NCBI GenBank assembly: GCA_051294905.1
Contig: CM119371.1
Span: 30,382,001 to 30,446,000 of the forward strand
Length of the DNA stretch: 64,000 bases
From: Botryllus schlosseri
Lineage: Eukaryota
Direction of reading: 5' to 3'
In this document: positions 12,747 through 26,309 of the stretch, in pieces
Position numbering within the stretch: position 1 is the first letter of the stretch
Layout: every line of letters starts with the position of its first letter
Notes under the pieces: generated by a model
The model's database searches: none
What the model saw: the letters and a program-made list of their open reading frames with translations, nothing else
Told to the model about the DNA's origin: nothing
Position numbers and translations under genes: made by a program

Positions 12747-15006
12747 CTGAAACAGGTAACAAATAATTGCGAAGTGCAGTCAGAGCGTATGTAGTGATTT
12801 CGTCACTGGGTTTCCAAGTCCTGATACCATAACCGAAGTGGAACTACTGGATTAAAATACCGGATTGGACCTGAAAGACTGGCCCAGATTTTCGGGATCG
12901 CGCCAGCCTGGTTTATATTCGAAGTTGAAACATATTCGGACTTGAATCGGCCCGAACGGCCAATCTGCAGCCAATGCTCATTCTGTAATCCGTATGACTT
13001 TATCAATTTATTTTCAATAACCGTTGTAGACGTTATTATCGCATGGTATGTGATTGCGTCATACCATAAGTGGCATAAGACTGACTAATCGTCAATAGTC
13101 GCAGGCTGCTACCAGTCAAGCACAGACAAAATGCAGATAACGGCCACTATATTTGTATTTGTATTTAATTGAACAATTTTTGGCGCTAATCGTCGATAAG
13201 GTCATTTGCGCCGATCATGAATATTGTCTTTTTGCTTGGTCTTTGCTTGTGGTACGATTTTTTCGGACTACGTTCAGTCACACTCTCATCCGCGTCACTC
13301 TTTGTCGCACGTGTCCTCGTCAGAGTCAGTTGCAGCCGATTTTCCTAAGCTCGACTTTACTTGCTTCATCTGGGCATTTTGTAAGACACTGCATATGCAG
13401 TGAGGTCAGCGATGAGGAGCCCAGATAAACCTCCGACACGTAGAAGGAGGTCCGAACAGGCCACTATATGCTCCACGGCGAACAGTAGAAGTATATCATT
13501 ATACGTGACGTATTGCGAATTTCTTGCCAATCCCAACTGTGCTTTATACAAAAACCGTTGGGATTGTAGTACGCTAATCTCACTCAATTCGTTGATAATA
13601 TTAAGATCTTATTGTTATCTATATCGTCTGCTATCAGTTCAACGAATTATTCAATTCATTGAATAATACTTCAGAGTCGCGTTTAATTACATGTCTATCT
13701 GTTCGATGCTTCAGCAATGACGGGTTTAGAAGTATCGTTGGGACATTTCTTTGCAATTTACGATGAGCGTATATCGACAGAGGTAGCTTCATATCCGATT
13801 GTCCCGTACCGTACAGCGGTAGCCAACCTTTTCAGCCCAAGGGCAACATTTGATTGACGGACTATTGCGCGGGCCACCAGCCCCGCCAAGCGCGAACATT
13901 TTTCAAAGTACATAATAGGTCAATAATATTGTCACTTGACTATATTGCGGGCCTGCTGTATATCGCAGGGCTCAGTTTGCAAGGAATGGACTATTCGGCG
14001 CCTGGACATATCGATATCGAAAGCTTCGATCAACATGAGTCAATCATTTTGTGCAGGGTTTCATAGTCGACGGTCTTTCTGCGAGCGCAAACGCAAGGTC
14101 ACATATGTTGAACACTTTGTCTCGTAATCGCGAATATAGGTAGACTCAATCTGATATATTAGGCGTTCTTTCATTTTCACAAAGGGGTAGCAATATTAGA
14201 AGCAGGAAATCGAGTGACAACATATTGCGCGAAGCGTGTAGAAAATTTTTACTTTTGATAAATCTATCGCAAATTATTCTGCTTTATTGTAGTGTAAGAA
14301 GATCGTCCAAAATGTGACTGGATCGTGGATCTGCCTATGCGTCGGAACTGACATTTTAGCCATCACATCTCAAGTGTTGCGGCCAGATTAATCAAAATTT
14401 TGGTTGGCCTTGCAATTTCAAAATCTGTGCAATCCATTTTTGATCATATTACTAATTTCGGAAATTACCTCGCGAGCCACTCAACACCTTCTCGCGGGCC
14501 ACATGTGACCCACGAGCCACGGGTTGCCCGGCCCTGGTGTACTATGTACTCGATTGCAGCAACAGAGCCATTGACAACTCTCACATATTGCGTTACGTCC
14601 AACGCCGAAACAGAAATATCTTTCAGTCGATTTTTTATTGATAGCAAATCATTCATCTTCAACTGTACGCTTTTTAGATTGCTTCGGATTTTATTTTCTG
14701 GGATGTTTGGTAACAGAGACCTTTCAAAATGCCTGAGCCCCGTGTTCGGGCTTCTGCGCCAGCATTATAATCATAAAATGCCAGAGTAACATTATGACTT
14801 AATCAATATCATGATGAAATAAAATAATATATTTACGTTTAATCACGTCGCTGCAGTCATTAGATTTTTGCTCCGCATTTTTTGAAAATATAATTTATTT
14901 AACGTATCTAGAGGCTTTCACGGACCGTAGTTTGTACACTCCTGTTTCATGCTCTTATGACGTTATAGTGAGTGATACTAGGCTGTAGACTCCGATATTG
15001 CGTAGC

Positions 15007-15396
15007 CTAGGTTTACCATACGTCCTCCTTTAGGAGGATTTGTCCTCCTTCAGGTTTTTGAAAATGCCCTCCGAGGACGCCTAAATGTGCTCCTTTTTGG
15101 CAATTCGTCCTTCTTTACAGCTTTCACAGCTAAGATAACGGACAGTGAAAATGGGCATAAATGACGTTCGAGCGGGAAATCGTGGTACGATCGAAAGTGA
15201 CGACCTTTTTATTTTTTAGTCAGCACCACTAAATTTAAGTAAAAGGTGTGTAAAATGGGAGTACGAAATTGATGACCATTTTTTTAGTCGACTCACCAAT
15301 TTTTACAACAAAAATAGCAAAATCGGTCTTGATAAACTAACTTTTCTGATTTGGTAAAAGTGTCCTCCTTTCCCGATTCCAAAATATGGTAACCCC
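15007..15396. mobile_element. MITE (taggg-ttaccata family; other copies ~30895-31322 and ~63250-63340)
   Basis: taggtttaccata / tatggtaacccc ends; shared gaggatttgtcctcc core across copies. Confidence 0.6.
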
Positions 15397-17993
15397 AACG
15401 TAGCCCTGTGCACGACACGAATTTTCTTATGAAACCAAATGAATTCCAGACATGAGATCGGATTTTGATTTGTAATCAACGAACATGATTTTTCAGCGGT
15501 AGCTTAAAATCGAACCTATGTCAACTAAAACGCGGAATGGCATTAGATGATTTTGCAAATCACGCAGCATACCGCTGGAACTGGAAAACGCTCACAGGAA
15601 GTACGCGTATGTCACGTCTCTTATTGATCATCGAGTAACGACAGCATCGATTAACGAACTTTGACATAGAAAGAGCGTGGTATGGTTCGCTGATCACTAC
15701 GGATTGCCACTTTATTATAATTTCATATGGTGAAGTACGTCATTCAATACTCGCCCAGCCAGCAATTGCAGTTAAGTTTGTGGTAGTTGTTTTTTCATCG
15801 TTTGTTATGTATGTATTGTATATGAACCAAAGCGAAGTGTTAGTATAGGCATAATTGATAACAACACGAGAGATTATTTGCGGCAATAATATGAAGAATA
15901 TTTCCATCCGCCATAAAATATATTTCTTGATTTTTACCAAACCGCCACTTCATAAACACAAATAATAAAGAATACATTGATATAGATAGGGTTTAGGGTT
16001 GTTTAGCACTTGGCTTAACTAGAATCAGACGACGAAGATACATCAATAGTTTTATTCTTCTTAAATAGTTTAACTTTGTCAAACCCGATACATGCCCCAG
16101 TATGTGTAGCTTGTGCGTGATGGCATGGAGGTTCGCCTGTGTTTTGATGGCCAACCCTTCAAATATCCAAATACTGTCTCGCCTCCCTCTCTCTCCCGAG
16201 TGATAGGCTACTTGTGTTTTGCATATGATTTTGAAAAATGAAGAAAGTTTGGCCATCCGCTAACACCAACCACAGGCTGAGATGGGAGTATAAATCAAAA
16301 TTTTGCTTCTGTTGACGCCAAGTCTACTCATAAACAAATATCTTGCTGAAAATAAGTCTGACTCACTTTGTCCATAGGCCGCAGCAACGAGTACTGGCAG
16401 AAACACGTAAAAATCCATACGACACAAAATTTACGAAGGTCTAAGTATATCTGGAACACCAATAAATTATTAGTATATTGTTATATAGCTTATATAGCAT
16501 GGCATCCTGGAATTGAGTAGGCCCTACATGTAATATATGCAATTTCTGGAGACTAAACTCAAACGTGGAATGCTCGAAGCGGCTTTCGACGCAATAAAAT
16601 ACCGGCTAATGAAATCTAACATTGGCATATTACATGCGTATAGCTCTATTCAGTATGAGTAGCGATTCCTACAGGGATTCGGAAAATCCCTGGTGACTGA
16701 CTGACTAAATCCAGTATCTCTTGTCCCGTGTAGGAAGGAACTGACCGGAACTACAAACCCAGTACATGTCATGAATACATAGTACATACATCATACAAAC
16801 AAGGGCGATAGTAATCTTCCAACGCTTGTTTCACTCGATTATTACAGCTTGCACGATTTCAATGAAAGTCGTGCATGACACTAACGTCAGTAATAATCGG
16901 GCGGTAGGCCTACTGTGTCGCAATCCATCAAGAGCCATGCTCGGAAAACCCAGACACCAAGTATTCAAGATTTTCATCGTAAAATTGTCGAAGCCTATAT
17001 ACCTGTGGTTAGAGCAAGTGTGGGCAGTTATTTTTTTTAGACGGGTCAAACGATAAGCAAATATAGGTTGGCGGGCCCAGCCAAACGTTTAAAATATATA
17101 TTCTGGGAGGTGTTTTATTTATAAATAGAAAACCGGGGCCAACGATATTCACGGCAGTTGAGCAAAACGTCGCTTGCATACTTCAGCGATACATTTGATG
17201 AAAAGTACTTGTGATCGAAGCTTATATGACTAAGTCACGCTTTTGTTTTTGCAAGTATTTCATAGGGAAATATGTACCAATTTATTCTTTACTTGATTTT
17301 CCATGCAATAAAATACTTTACATGAGCAAGTCGGAGTATTCTCAATATTTGCCTACTTGCTGGATAACTGCATCTGCGATGCTGACACTTGTCACTTTGT
17401 GTTTTTTGGGGAAAGTACGGCTTTCGCCTGTTATACGGCTCTGTTAGACTTATCCGAGGAAAGGCGTCTGATATCGAGAAGTCGTACATAATCGCTGATG
17501 CTGTTTTGTGAGCATCGGCCTGTTAGCTCTTGCAAACGTTTTGTGCCAGACAAGGCCGTAAATATCGTAGGTCCCGAGACAACAGTGAATTACATTATTA
17601 ACACAAGCTGTTATGTTGATGTGTTAAATTTAGGCTATGAGAAAGTGAGGGTTAATACACAAAAAAACTATTTATTCACTCAGAGTCATTATTCGAAACA
17701 ATGCGAAACATGAAACATTCCTTACTCATTCCTAAATCACATTAATCCCCGACCCATTTTTCTACGGAGTCGTCCAAACGTATGTAGGATGCTACAAAGC
17801 TGGTTTTCGTCCCGAGTGTGTAGCCTAGTATTTGCCTTGTTGTTTTGAGAGCTTTGCTGGCAGATGCCCTGAAATCCGCGCTCTCGCGGCCAGCCGACAA
17901 GTGTCAGTATTTCACTGCGTTTTTTCCTCTTATTCAAAAGGTATCCCAAACACGGCGACCTGCTCACCACAACATACAATGACGGGTTTCCCT

Positions 17994-18482
17994 CTGACTC
18001 AAGTAAAGCAATATTCAGTGCACTAAATCTTCTTCAAATGTCTGCATTCAGCCTCCACCTTTAATTTCTAACATTCTTGTTCATCGTTGTTGGGTGACCG
18101 CTACTCACGTGCACTGGTTGACTTTTTTTTACTTTTAATGGATTGGAAGCGTATGACATGACAATTTAAAAGCACAGACGTTCTGAACTATCCGGAAACC
18201 GTTACTTTCGAATTCAATTGTTGTGGCACACTTTGCTACATTCGCATTGTTTTGCATCCATATTATACGACCTACACGAAGGCTACGTAATCACTGCATG
18301 TGTATCTGTTCACAGATGAACAAGCTGACACGAAAGCAAACGCATTTCCGGTTCAGTTTATGCAGTTCATGGTTCCAGCTCACACACTAGCATTCAAAAG
18401 TAGGTTTTGAGTTTTAATTTCCATGCTGGATTTCGCGAGACACCCAGAATGTCGTCGCGGGCCGCACTTTGCACACGTCTGG
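17994..18482 (+). repeat. Dispersed repeat, second copy at ~61123-61650
   Basis: Colinear similarity, e.g. gcctccacct...gggtgacc...ctcacgtgcactg...cgcatttccggttcagttta...gccgcactttgc. Confidence 0.7.
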
Positions 18483-18905
18483 GTTGGAGGTACAAGGTAA
18501 TGAAATAGTTTTGTCAATTTTTCGAAAGTGAGTTTTATCTATACTTAAACTACTTATTACTCAACTGGCGATGTTTTAGACCAGCGTCTTTAACCGGTGT
18601 GTTTGGTACATGGGCTGCATCATTACGAAAGGGTGTACAATAGGGCTGTTCAAAAATGACCTTATTATTCAAATTGTACTGGCTATACTTGATAAAATTG
18701 TTCAGTTAAATAAAAATAAACGCTGCACACAAATTTTGGTACAATTCCAAACTAGGAGGCATTGCTATAAGAGAAAAAAAGTCCTGGATTTATTTATTAG
18801 AAACAACAAATTTGGATCAATTCAAACCACTGCAAGCAAAGTTAGTGGGGTTAGTTAGTTGGAAAAATAGTATTTACGGAGGCAAAGTATTTAATTATTT
18901 ATTAT

Positions 18906-20236
18906 TAGTGTTGGTATCAAGTCACTACCTTCGAGTCACGAGTCATCTCGAGTCATTGCACATTTTGACTCGAGTCAAGTCAAGTCAATCGATTTTCAAA
19001 AGTGACTCGAGTCAAGTCAAGTCACTCGTTTTTTGGAGGTGACTCGAGTCAAGTCAAGTCAAGTCACGAGTCAAGTCAAAATTCAAGTTAAATTGAATTT
19101 TCGAAGTATGAGTGATCATTCAAATTCATTATATTTTACTAGCTGTGTTAAAGAGATCAATTGGTCATTTATCTTGAGTCAAATAACGAATAGAAAGTTA
19201 AATATACATGCAAAAATGCGTTGTATCGGTCACGCACACGTAGAACTCCTAATAAAATAAGTTAGTAACTGAATAGCTACATCAGGGGTGTCAAACATAC
19301 GTCCCGCCAAATGATTTCATTCGGCCCGCGAAGAAATTCTGAGTATATGTTGAAATTGCGTGATTTTATCCAACACATTTCTCGAATTCGTAGTAAGAAA
19401 TATAACTAATAAATATTCCTTCAGGATAGCAAATTCCGAGTATTGTTTAGTTCATAGGCCACATTATAACCACCCGACAGCGGAGTTTGTGATTGTAGTC
19501 ATCGTCAGGAGAAAATCGCTGACATTGACACCCAATTCCGCGAATGCGAAAAAGTGCATATATATTGAGTTAAGAGTTAAAAACATTTTGTAATCATTTA
19601 ACTGGTGCGGCCCGAGAGTGATCTGAATATTTGACTTCAACCCGCGACGTCATTCGAGTTTGACAACTCTGAACTACATGCTACATTCTCTGATTATCAG
19701 CCAAAATAAAGGATCGAATGCGAAGCCTCGAGAATATGAAAGAAATTGATATGGTACAATACACTAGCCATCTATGCACAAGCACATCTGTGAGGATATG
19801 CATGCATAAAATTTGTTTGATCTAAATCATACATGTTGGTAACGGTGAGCGCCGTGCAATGTAAGGACAGAACCGTCCAATAAACAGCGATACGTTGCTA
19901 TTAAATTAATCTTCTACTACGACAATGCAAGCTGTGATCATTTCGTTTGCGGTTAGTGTTGTGATGTAACAATGTAGGATCAGTGAAACGTACAATCAGT
20001 GAATGACTGGTTGGTCTCACAAGTTACAACGGCATATCGTGAATAATCCGAACATGCACAAATACATTGATTTTGTCGACACCATTTACTTGATGACTTG
20101 AAATTGACTCGTAAATTTTGCTCCAAGTCACGAGTCAATCCACATTTTTGAAGCGCCGAGTCAAGTCAAGTCAAGTCATTTTTGCAAAGTGACTCGAGTC
20201 AAGTCAAGTCATTCGAAAAAGTTGACTCGAGTCAAC
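18906..20236. mobile_element. Non-autonomous TIR element rich in agtcaagtc/gactcgagtc; related copies ~21200-22660, 27245-28372, 29690-30656
   Basis: agtgttgg(g/t)atcaagtca left end, gactcgagtcatcccaacactg-type right end, shared internal sequence. Confidence 0.65.
19283..19671. mobile_element. Nested hAT-type MITE
   Basis: caggggtgtcaaac / gtttgacaactctg ends; 8-bp TSD agctacat / aactacat. Confidence 0.7.
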
Positions 20237-23200
20237 ATCTTGCATAGTACAAAGATTTTATTTAGGCTCGCGTCGTTAAGGCCATGGAATTTCAGTAGTA
20301 GAGGGTCGATATTAATATTTCAAGGGTCACAGTCACGCGATCACAGCGTTTGTATATATATATATATATACGCAATGGACATCTACAATATATCCTAATG
20401 AGATTGAATAACACCGGAGGAAAACATAAGTTTTCCCGTTTCTACAGATACTGCTCGGACCCCTCTGCCAGCCTTGGAAAACTAGATCATTCCACTTGTC
20501 CAATTACACCAATTATGCCTGTTATCCAATTCTAATCCAAATTTGAAATCTTTCTTTGCTCTAATTCTAATCTCATTTGCGAAATGTTTCTTTGCTCTTA
20601 TTCGAATTAGAATATATTTACTGATTTTCCTGAAAATTATACAAAAGAGCTGCACAACACGAAACGAGCCAAGTTTGCTGTGAAGAAGTCTTGTTGTGTT
20701 GACTAAAAGAAATGTCATCTTTCAGAATTGACTCCCGTATTACCCACTTTTCAACGAGACTGTCGTGCTGTTGACTGAAAATCTGGCATTTTGCAGTGAT
20801 ACTCACGAATTACCCGCTCGAACGTTCGCATGACCGTTTTCGCGTCATTTATACCGTTGCAGGCGATAAGGTGCCTGAATGCGACACGTTTCAGTTGAGT
20901 AGATGTTATATATGTAATAAAATGCTTCGCACAAATTCGAATGTTGCAAGAATCGTGATTTTACCTTTCCTGTGATGCTGTTATCGTGTCGAAAATGCGA
21001 TTTTCGATTGCAGAGTCAGAGACAACGGGTGCACGCGTTTCGAGATTACTCAACTGCTGTCATCGATGCTTATAGCACAGTGGTTCTTAAACTGTTTTGA
21101 GTGGGACCCAAATCTAAGTTTTATGTTCATCCCGCGACCCAAGCCTTGCACTTCTAAATAATGTATCTTTATAGTTATGCTATGCGTTTTCAAGGTCATA
21201 AGTGTTGGGATCAAGGTCAGTGTCTTCGAGTCACAAGTCATCTCGAGTCATTGCACAATTTGACTCGATTCAAGTTAAGTCGCTCGATTTTTGAAAGTGG
21301 CTCGGGTCAAATCGAGTCAAGTCAAATCAAGTCAAGTCACGACAGGGCTGGGCATTTTCGAGTACCTGAGTGACTCGATTCTGAATCACGTATTTTGCTT
21401 CGAGTCGAGTCGAGTATTCGAGTATCACTCATTATGACGTCATAACAGAATGTAATATGTCAAAGTTCAAATTTGTACCTCTTTATGCCACCACAAAGAA
21501 TATAATGCGTGCTATCCATCACATTAACCATACTTAGTATTTTTCGACCATCCCGATTCCATTGCCCTTTGTGACAATGTTGTGGGATGATCATGACTTC
21601 GGAAATGTGGTTATTTCCAGTAACGTTCGTAGCTTTGTACGTGTACTTCATACCCTGTTTTCTATGCTGCAATACGGATAATTAGGGTTTCATGGCTTCC
21701 ACAGTGGAAAATAGTATAGACGCTATAATTTTTGATGATAAATTAACTTTTAGTGGCGAGAAGCGTTTAATTTCAGTACTCGGAAAATTAGTCTTTTACT
21801 ACTCGACTCGAATCATTAAAATTAATACTCGATTCAGATTCGAGTACTCGAATCATTGTGCCCAGCCCTAGTCACGAGTCAAGTCAAAATTCAATTCAAG
21901 TTGCCTTTTCGAAGTACAAGTCATGATTACGTCATTGCATACTGCTAGCTGTTTGAAATATAGATTGAGCACTTGAGCAGTCATTTATTTGAATCGAGGA
22001 ACGAACTTAGAGTTAAATAGAAGCCTACCTGCAAAAAGGCGTTGTATCGCTCACACATACGTAGAACTGCTAAACTATACGTAGGTAATTGTATAGCCTC
22101 CGTCTATAATTATCCATTGAAATTGAGAATAGAATGCGAAATCTCGGAAAGTGAAAATAAATTGATATAATGTAATGCAATGCAATAGCCACCTAAGCCT
22201 ACGCCAATGGTCGATGAGTATTAATATATTCGAATTTCTTTTGAGGTTTGGTTAAGGTGAGAATAGAACACAATAAGCAGTCTATGGAACAGAGATAGAT
22301 ATTTTGCTGCTACATCACTTTGCTACAAGTTTACGACAACGTAAGCTGTAAGCTCCGATCACTTCGTTTGCGGTCAATTTATTTGTGATAGAACAGTGGA
22401 GGCTCAGAAAAACGCACGGTCACTGAATGATTGGTCGCTCTCACAGGTGACACCAGCCTTTCGCGAACAACTTGAACATATGCAGGATACAGTGCGTTTT
22501 ATCGACACCAAATAGGCCTACTCGATGACTCGAAATTGACTAGTAAATTTCGCACCAAGTCCCGAGTCAATCCACATTTCTCGTACGCCGAGTCAAGTCA
22601 TTTTCGCAAAGTGGCTCGAGTCACGTCAAGTCATACGAAAAAGATTACTCGAGTCCTCCGAATGCTGGGTCATATATGAAATAGAAACCGTGCAGATAAC
22701 CAGTTGTACGCAACTCAGCTCCAAGAAACATGTGTGGTGCACTTACTGTCAAATTGGGGAGCAATCGGTATAATCCAGTGCCGAGCATTTCCACGACCGG
22801 ACATATCAAAATCGAAGGTTATGGCCAACCAGCGACGATCATTTTGGGTCAAGGTTTTGTCGTCGCGGATTTGTTCGTCACCGCACTTTGCCCAGCCGCA
22901 TATTGGTCAAAACTTCATGTATTCAAGTGTTCTGACGCGGAAAGGGTCGGCTCCAAAATGTTTGTGTATTGTCTAATAGCTTCGCACTTGCATATTGCAC
23001 ACCCTAGTCCAGGGGTGGCCAACCTGCCGCCGTAGAAGGAAATTTGTGCGGTCGTGCACACGTAATTCAATTAGTATGTGTTAGCGGCTGTCGACATGCA
23101 GTTTGAATTTACGAATTGATTCCTGATTACTTGAAAGGTTTAATCAACGCGATTCAATGTGACATAATTTCTAGATTTTAATATGATAGCTCTCTTTGCA

Positions 23201-24016
23201 ATGAGAGCTCCGCAGTACCGATGCGAACAGCAGAGGAAAATGATGCGCCTCATATAGAAATACCGACCCGGAATCGTGTGCTCCTTACTATAACGACTAT
23301 CCTGATTTTTTTGATTTTGATAATAACAGCACGATCAAAAGAAAATGGGATGAATGTCGACCATGTCAATCAAGGTGATGAAGGAAAACGCCTAAACTTT
23401 AATAACGTGGGGCTGTGAATCATCATCCAGATAGCTCAAAACGATCAACCTATGTGTTAATGATAGCTGAAAACGTTTACCCTATGTGATAATGATGGGT
23501 CGCCACAATCATTAGTGATCTGTTCTAGTAGCGAGGAAACATGTTGAGTCAAATCGGGACCATCCATAATAGTTGCATCTTCATCTTGATCGATGGAGTT
23601 GTTTCTGCCAGCAAACTGGATCAGAGATGAGGGAATCTTTCGAATTCGATAGAGACTCCGGATTGCGCTTCGTTTGCGGTATCCCACCAGTGCCTCGGAA
23701 ATAGCAGCGGCATGTCACAGACAACAAACTATAGTATCCACGGCAAAACGCTAACATTTTATTGATTATCGCTCTTTGCTCTTTTACCGTCTGTCTGTCA
23801 AATAGCTGAACTGTAACGGTGCCGGTGACGAGATGCTATCTCCGGTTTATGTAAAATGTACAGGATTGTCCCGTTGGAAAATTTGTAAATTTCAAAATAA
23901 TCAATACAATCAAAATGGTAAAATCAAAATAAAAAATAAACGAAAAAAAACTGGTTTAAACCAGAACGCTAAACATGGCCATCAGTGACCACTTCCGGTT
24001 TCAGTGCGTATAGTAA
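20233..24016 (+). repeat. Local segmental duplication, copy 1
   Basis: Colinear with 26310-29681 from caacatcttgcat to tttcagtgcgtatagtaag. Confidence 0.85.
21343..21870. mobile_element. MITE present only in duplication copy 1
   Basis: agggctgggca / tgcccagccct TIRs; TSD (a)gtcacga; empty site in copy 2 near 27375; related copy ~9240-9720. Confidence 0.75.
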
Positions 24017-24324
24017 GCGGTGTTGGGATCAAGTCACCAGAGGTGGTCAAAGTAGTCAAGAAAACTACTGAAGTAGAAGTAGGAGTAGTGACGCAACAAT
24101 CTACTCAAGTACGAGTAGAAGTAGTACTTTTAAAAGCAGCATAAAACTACTTGAAGGAGAAGTGGAATTGACTGACTTTAAATCTACTCAAGTAAGTAAG
24201 TAGTTGTGAAAACGATCGGGACCGTTCCCGTGAATCCGCGCAATGAATTTGTTCATATATGTTATCCGGGTGGTGAATGCCGAGTGCATAGCGGAGGAGT
24301 GCATCGTAGTTAGCGTTGAGCGTG

Positions 24325-24945
24325 TTAGCCAGTTTCTCTGTCAGCGTGAGTGCTTCTATTTTCCGTAACGAAGAACCTGCTCGATACTGGCAAGGAAAAT
24401 ACAGGTCTTGAGCTGGGGTGAGGCACTTGAATGAAAGAGGCTATGTCGACGTCTTGCCGCGCCCCAGGCCTTTGCTCGACTCGCCTTGAGCGCTTTTCCA
24501 GAGTCCGCAACTTCAATACCGAGGTATGTAAAACTGGTTACGTTCTTAAGCCCGATTTCTCCCAGTTGAATTGGTGTCGCGTTCCCCGACCGAGCTGGTA
24601 TGGCCAGAACCTCAGTCTTCTTGGTATTGATCTGAATGCCAACAAGAGCGGCGGTCACCTCTCTAGCTGGTTGATGAGGCGCTGTGCCGCTGCGGTGTTC
24701 GTGGCTGCCATTCCAAGAAGTCTGTGTTGTCCGGGAAGGCCGTTCGTAGCACGAAGTCAAGGATGACAACGATCAGGAATGGTACCAGGGAGTCACCTTG
24801 AAGCACGCCAGCCGAAGTGTTAAAATCTCCTCTTGGCCCGTCATGTATTCGAACTCGCGCTCGTGTGCCAGTGTAAAAGGCCATGGCGTTCGTTATCGAC
24901 TCAGGAATTCCATAGAATCTGAGGATCACCTGCGTATCTCTAACA
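24325..24945 (-). pseudogene. Decayed non-LTR retrotransposon (RTE-like) reverse transcriptase fragment
   Basis: YGIPE...GVLQGDSLVPFL...VGIQINTKKTEVL...FTYLG...SIEQVLRYG; frameshifted, and the YADD segment is missing. Confidence 0.8.
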
Positions 24946-25484
24946 ATCCGAACATACACATGATACCGACACCGTTTACTTGATGACTTGAAATGGACTC
25001 GTGAATTTTTCTCCGAGTCACGAGTCAATGAACATTTCTGGAGGGCCGAGTCAAGTCAAGTCAAGTTATTTTCCAAAGGGACTCGAGTCAAGTCAAGTCA
25101 TAAAAAAAAGTTGACTCGAGCCATCCCAACACTGCGGAGCGTATGTTTGACAACCCGGCTCTTTACATTTATCAATTTGAGATTTGATGTTCGGCGTGTG
25201 ATTTTCGATAAGCAGTAATACCCATTGATACAACGTGAAACTCGGATTTCTGACATTTATTTCGGAACTATGACTATTCTGAAGCTGTAAACCAATGCAT
25301 TACATTCACGAATGGTGTTGTATTACATTACTTCAGATACGACAGAGCATATCAGAGCAATGTTTATTTTAAATATAAAGGAGTCAGTATGGACAAAATA
25401 CATCTTCTGAGTATTCGTTCGTGATATTTGGGATTTGCGATCTTTGGAAATTTTCAATTGATTCCTTCGACTGTTGTCGTCTCG

Positions 25485-26132
25485 TTACTTTCCTTCTGAA
25501 ACATAAAAGTGAAATTTAAGATATCGGCACTAATATCGCTACGATATACGATACGCTACATATCTATCTCCCAGATATATTAGAAACCTATTCTGGTCTA
25601 CTATCATGTGTGAAATAACCCGTTTGATTCGAAAGTGGCTTACGCGAAGTACAACTTTTGCTGTGTGTTTTGGATTTGTGATTAGTGTCATTTATACGAT
25701 TATTCCTTTAAATTTCATTACCACACTGAAATAGCCGAATGCATTTTTAAACTGGTAGCTCGTAATACGAGTATGCCGTGGTTGGTGTAAGATTGGAAAA
25801 CCGCATACGTGTTATGTGGTTGTTTCGACATCATCGTATATGACGTACATGTACATTAGTTCACTGTTCACATTATCAGATAATTATGTAACATGCACAT
25901 AAATTCCAATTCGAAAAGGGTAGGCTCACATATAGCCGACAATTTATATCGGGACTGTATACTATACCGACGAACCGGAATGCCACACACACAGATTTTC
26001 GTGTTCCACCAAATACGGTGCCACGGTCCACCCAGGTGCACGTCCTAGCAGCTTACTGTAGGGTCCGGACCCCCTTTCCACTGCTGCGGCAAGCACAATA
26101 ACCCCCAAAACAATGATCAGCAACAATTTCAT
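25485..26132 (-). CDS. Putative two-exon small secreted peptide precursor (MKLLLIIVLGVIVLAAAVERGSGPYKGK, 28 aa)
   Basis: join(25485..25495,26057..26132). ACAATG start context, textbook signal peptide, A|GTAAGC donor, ttttatgtttcag acceptor, AATAAA at 25363-25368. Unspliced, the frame from 26132 runs to 25962 (56 aa). Confidence 0.5.
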
Positions 26133-26309
26133 TGTCCCTTCCACGTTATGACTAGCGATACCTTGGTTGCAATATGGGATGGTTAGAAACTTACACTTAC
26201 ACATCTTGCATAGCTTCTTGGAGGTATACAGAACTTCAATATACAATTGAATAGTATATTCATAGTGAAATTAATATACTATACACACATTGAATATGGT
26301 TACACTATT

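Noticed and set aside
17357..17467. Possible upstream phase 1-1 exon of the LDLa gene (DAFPRISLTEPY...CQHRRCSYPA)
   Set aside because: Splice sites are plausible but there is no diagnostic motif or link to a start exon; not supportable without RNA data.
22747..22920. Minus-strand MKF*PICGWAKC... with in-frame TGA (UxxC-like) and a GTAAGT donor; possible selenoprotein exon
   Set aside because: The duplicate copy (~28450-28625) has further stops and a frameshift, and I see no SECIS or downstream exon. More likely non-coding or decayed.
23221..23760. Short ORFs shared by both duplication copies (also ~28930-29593), one with a hydrophobic stretch
   Set aside because: Their similarity is explained by the duplication; lengths and stops differ and there are no recognisable motifs or splice structure.
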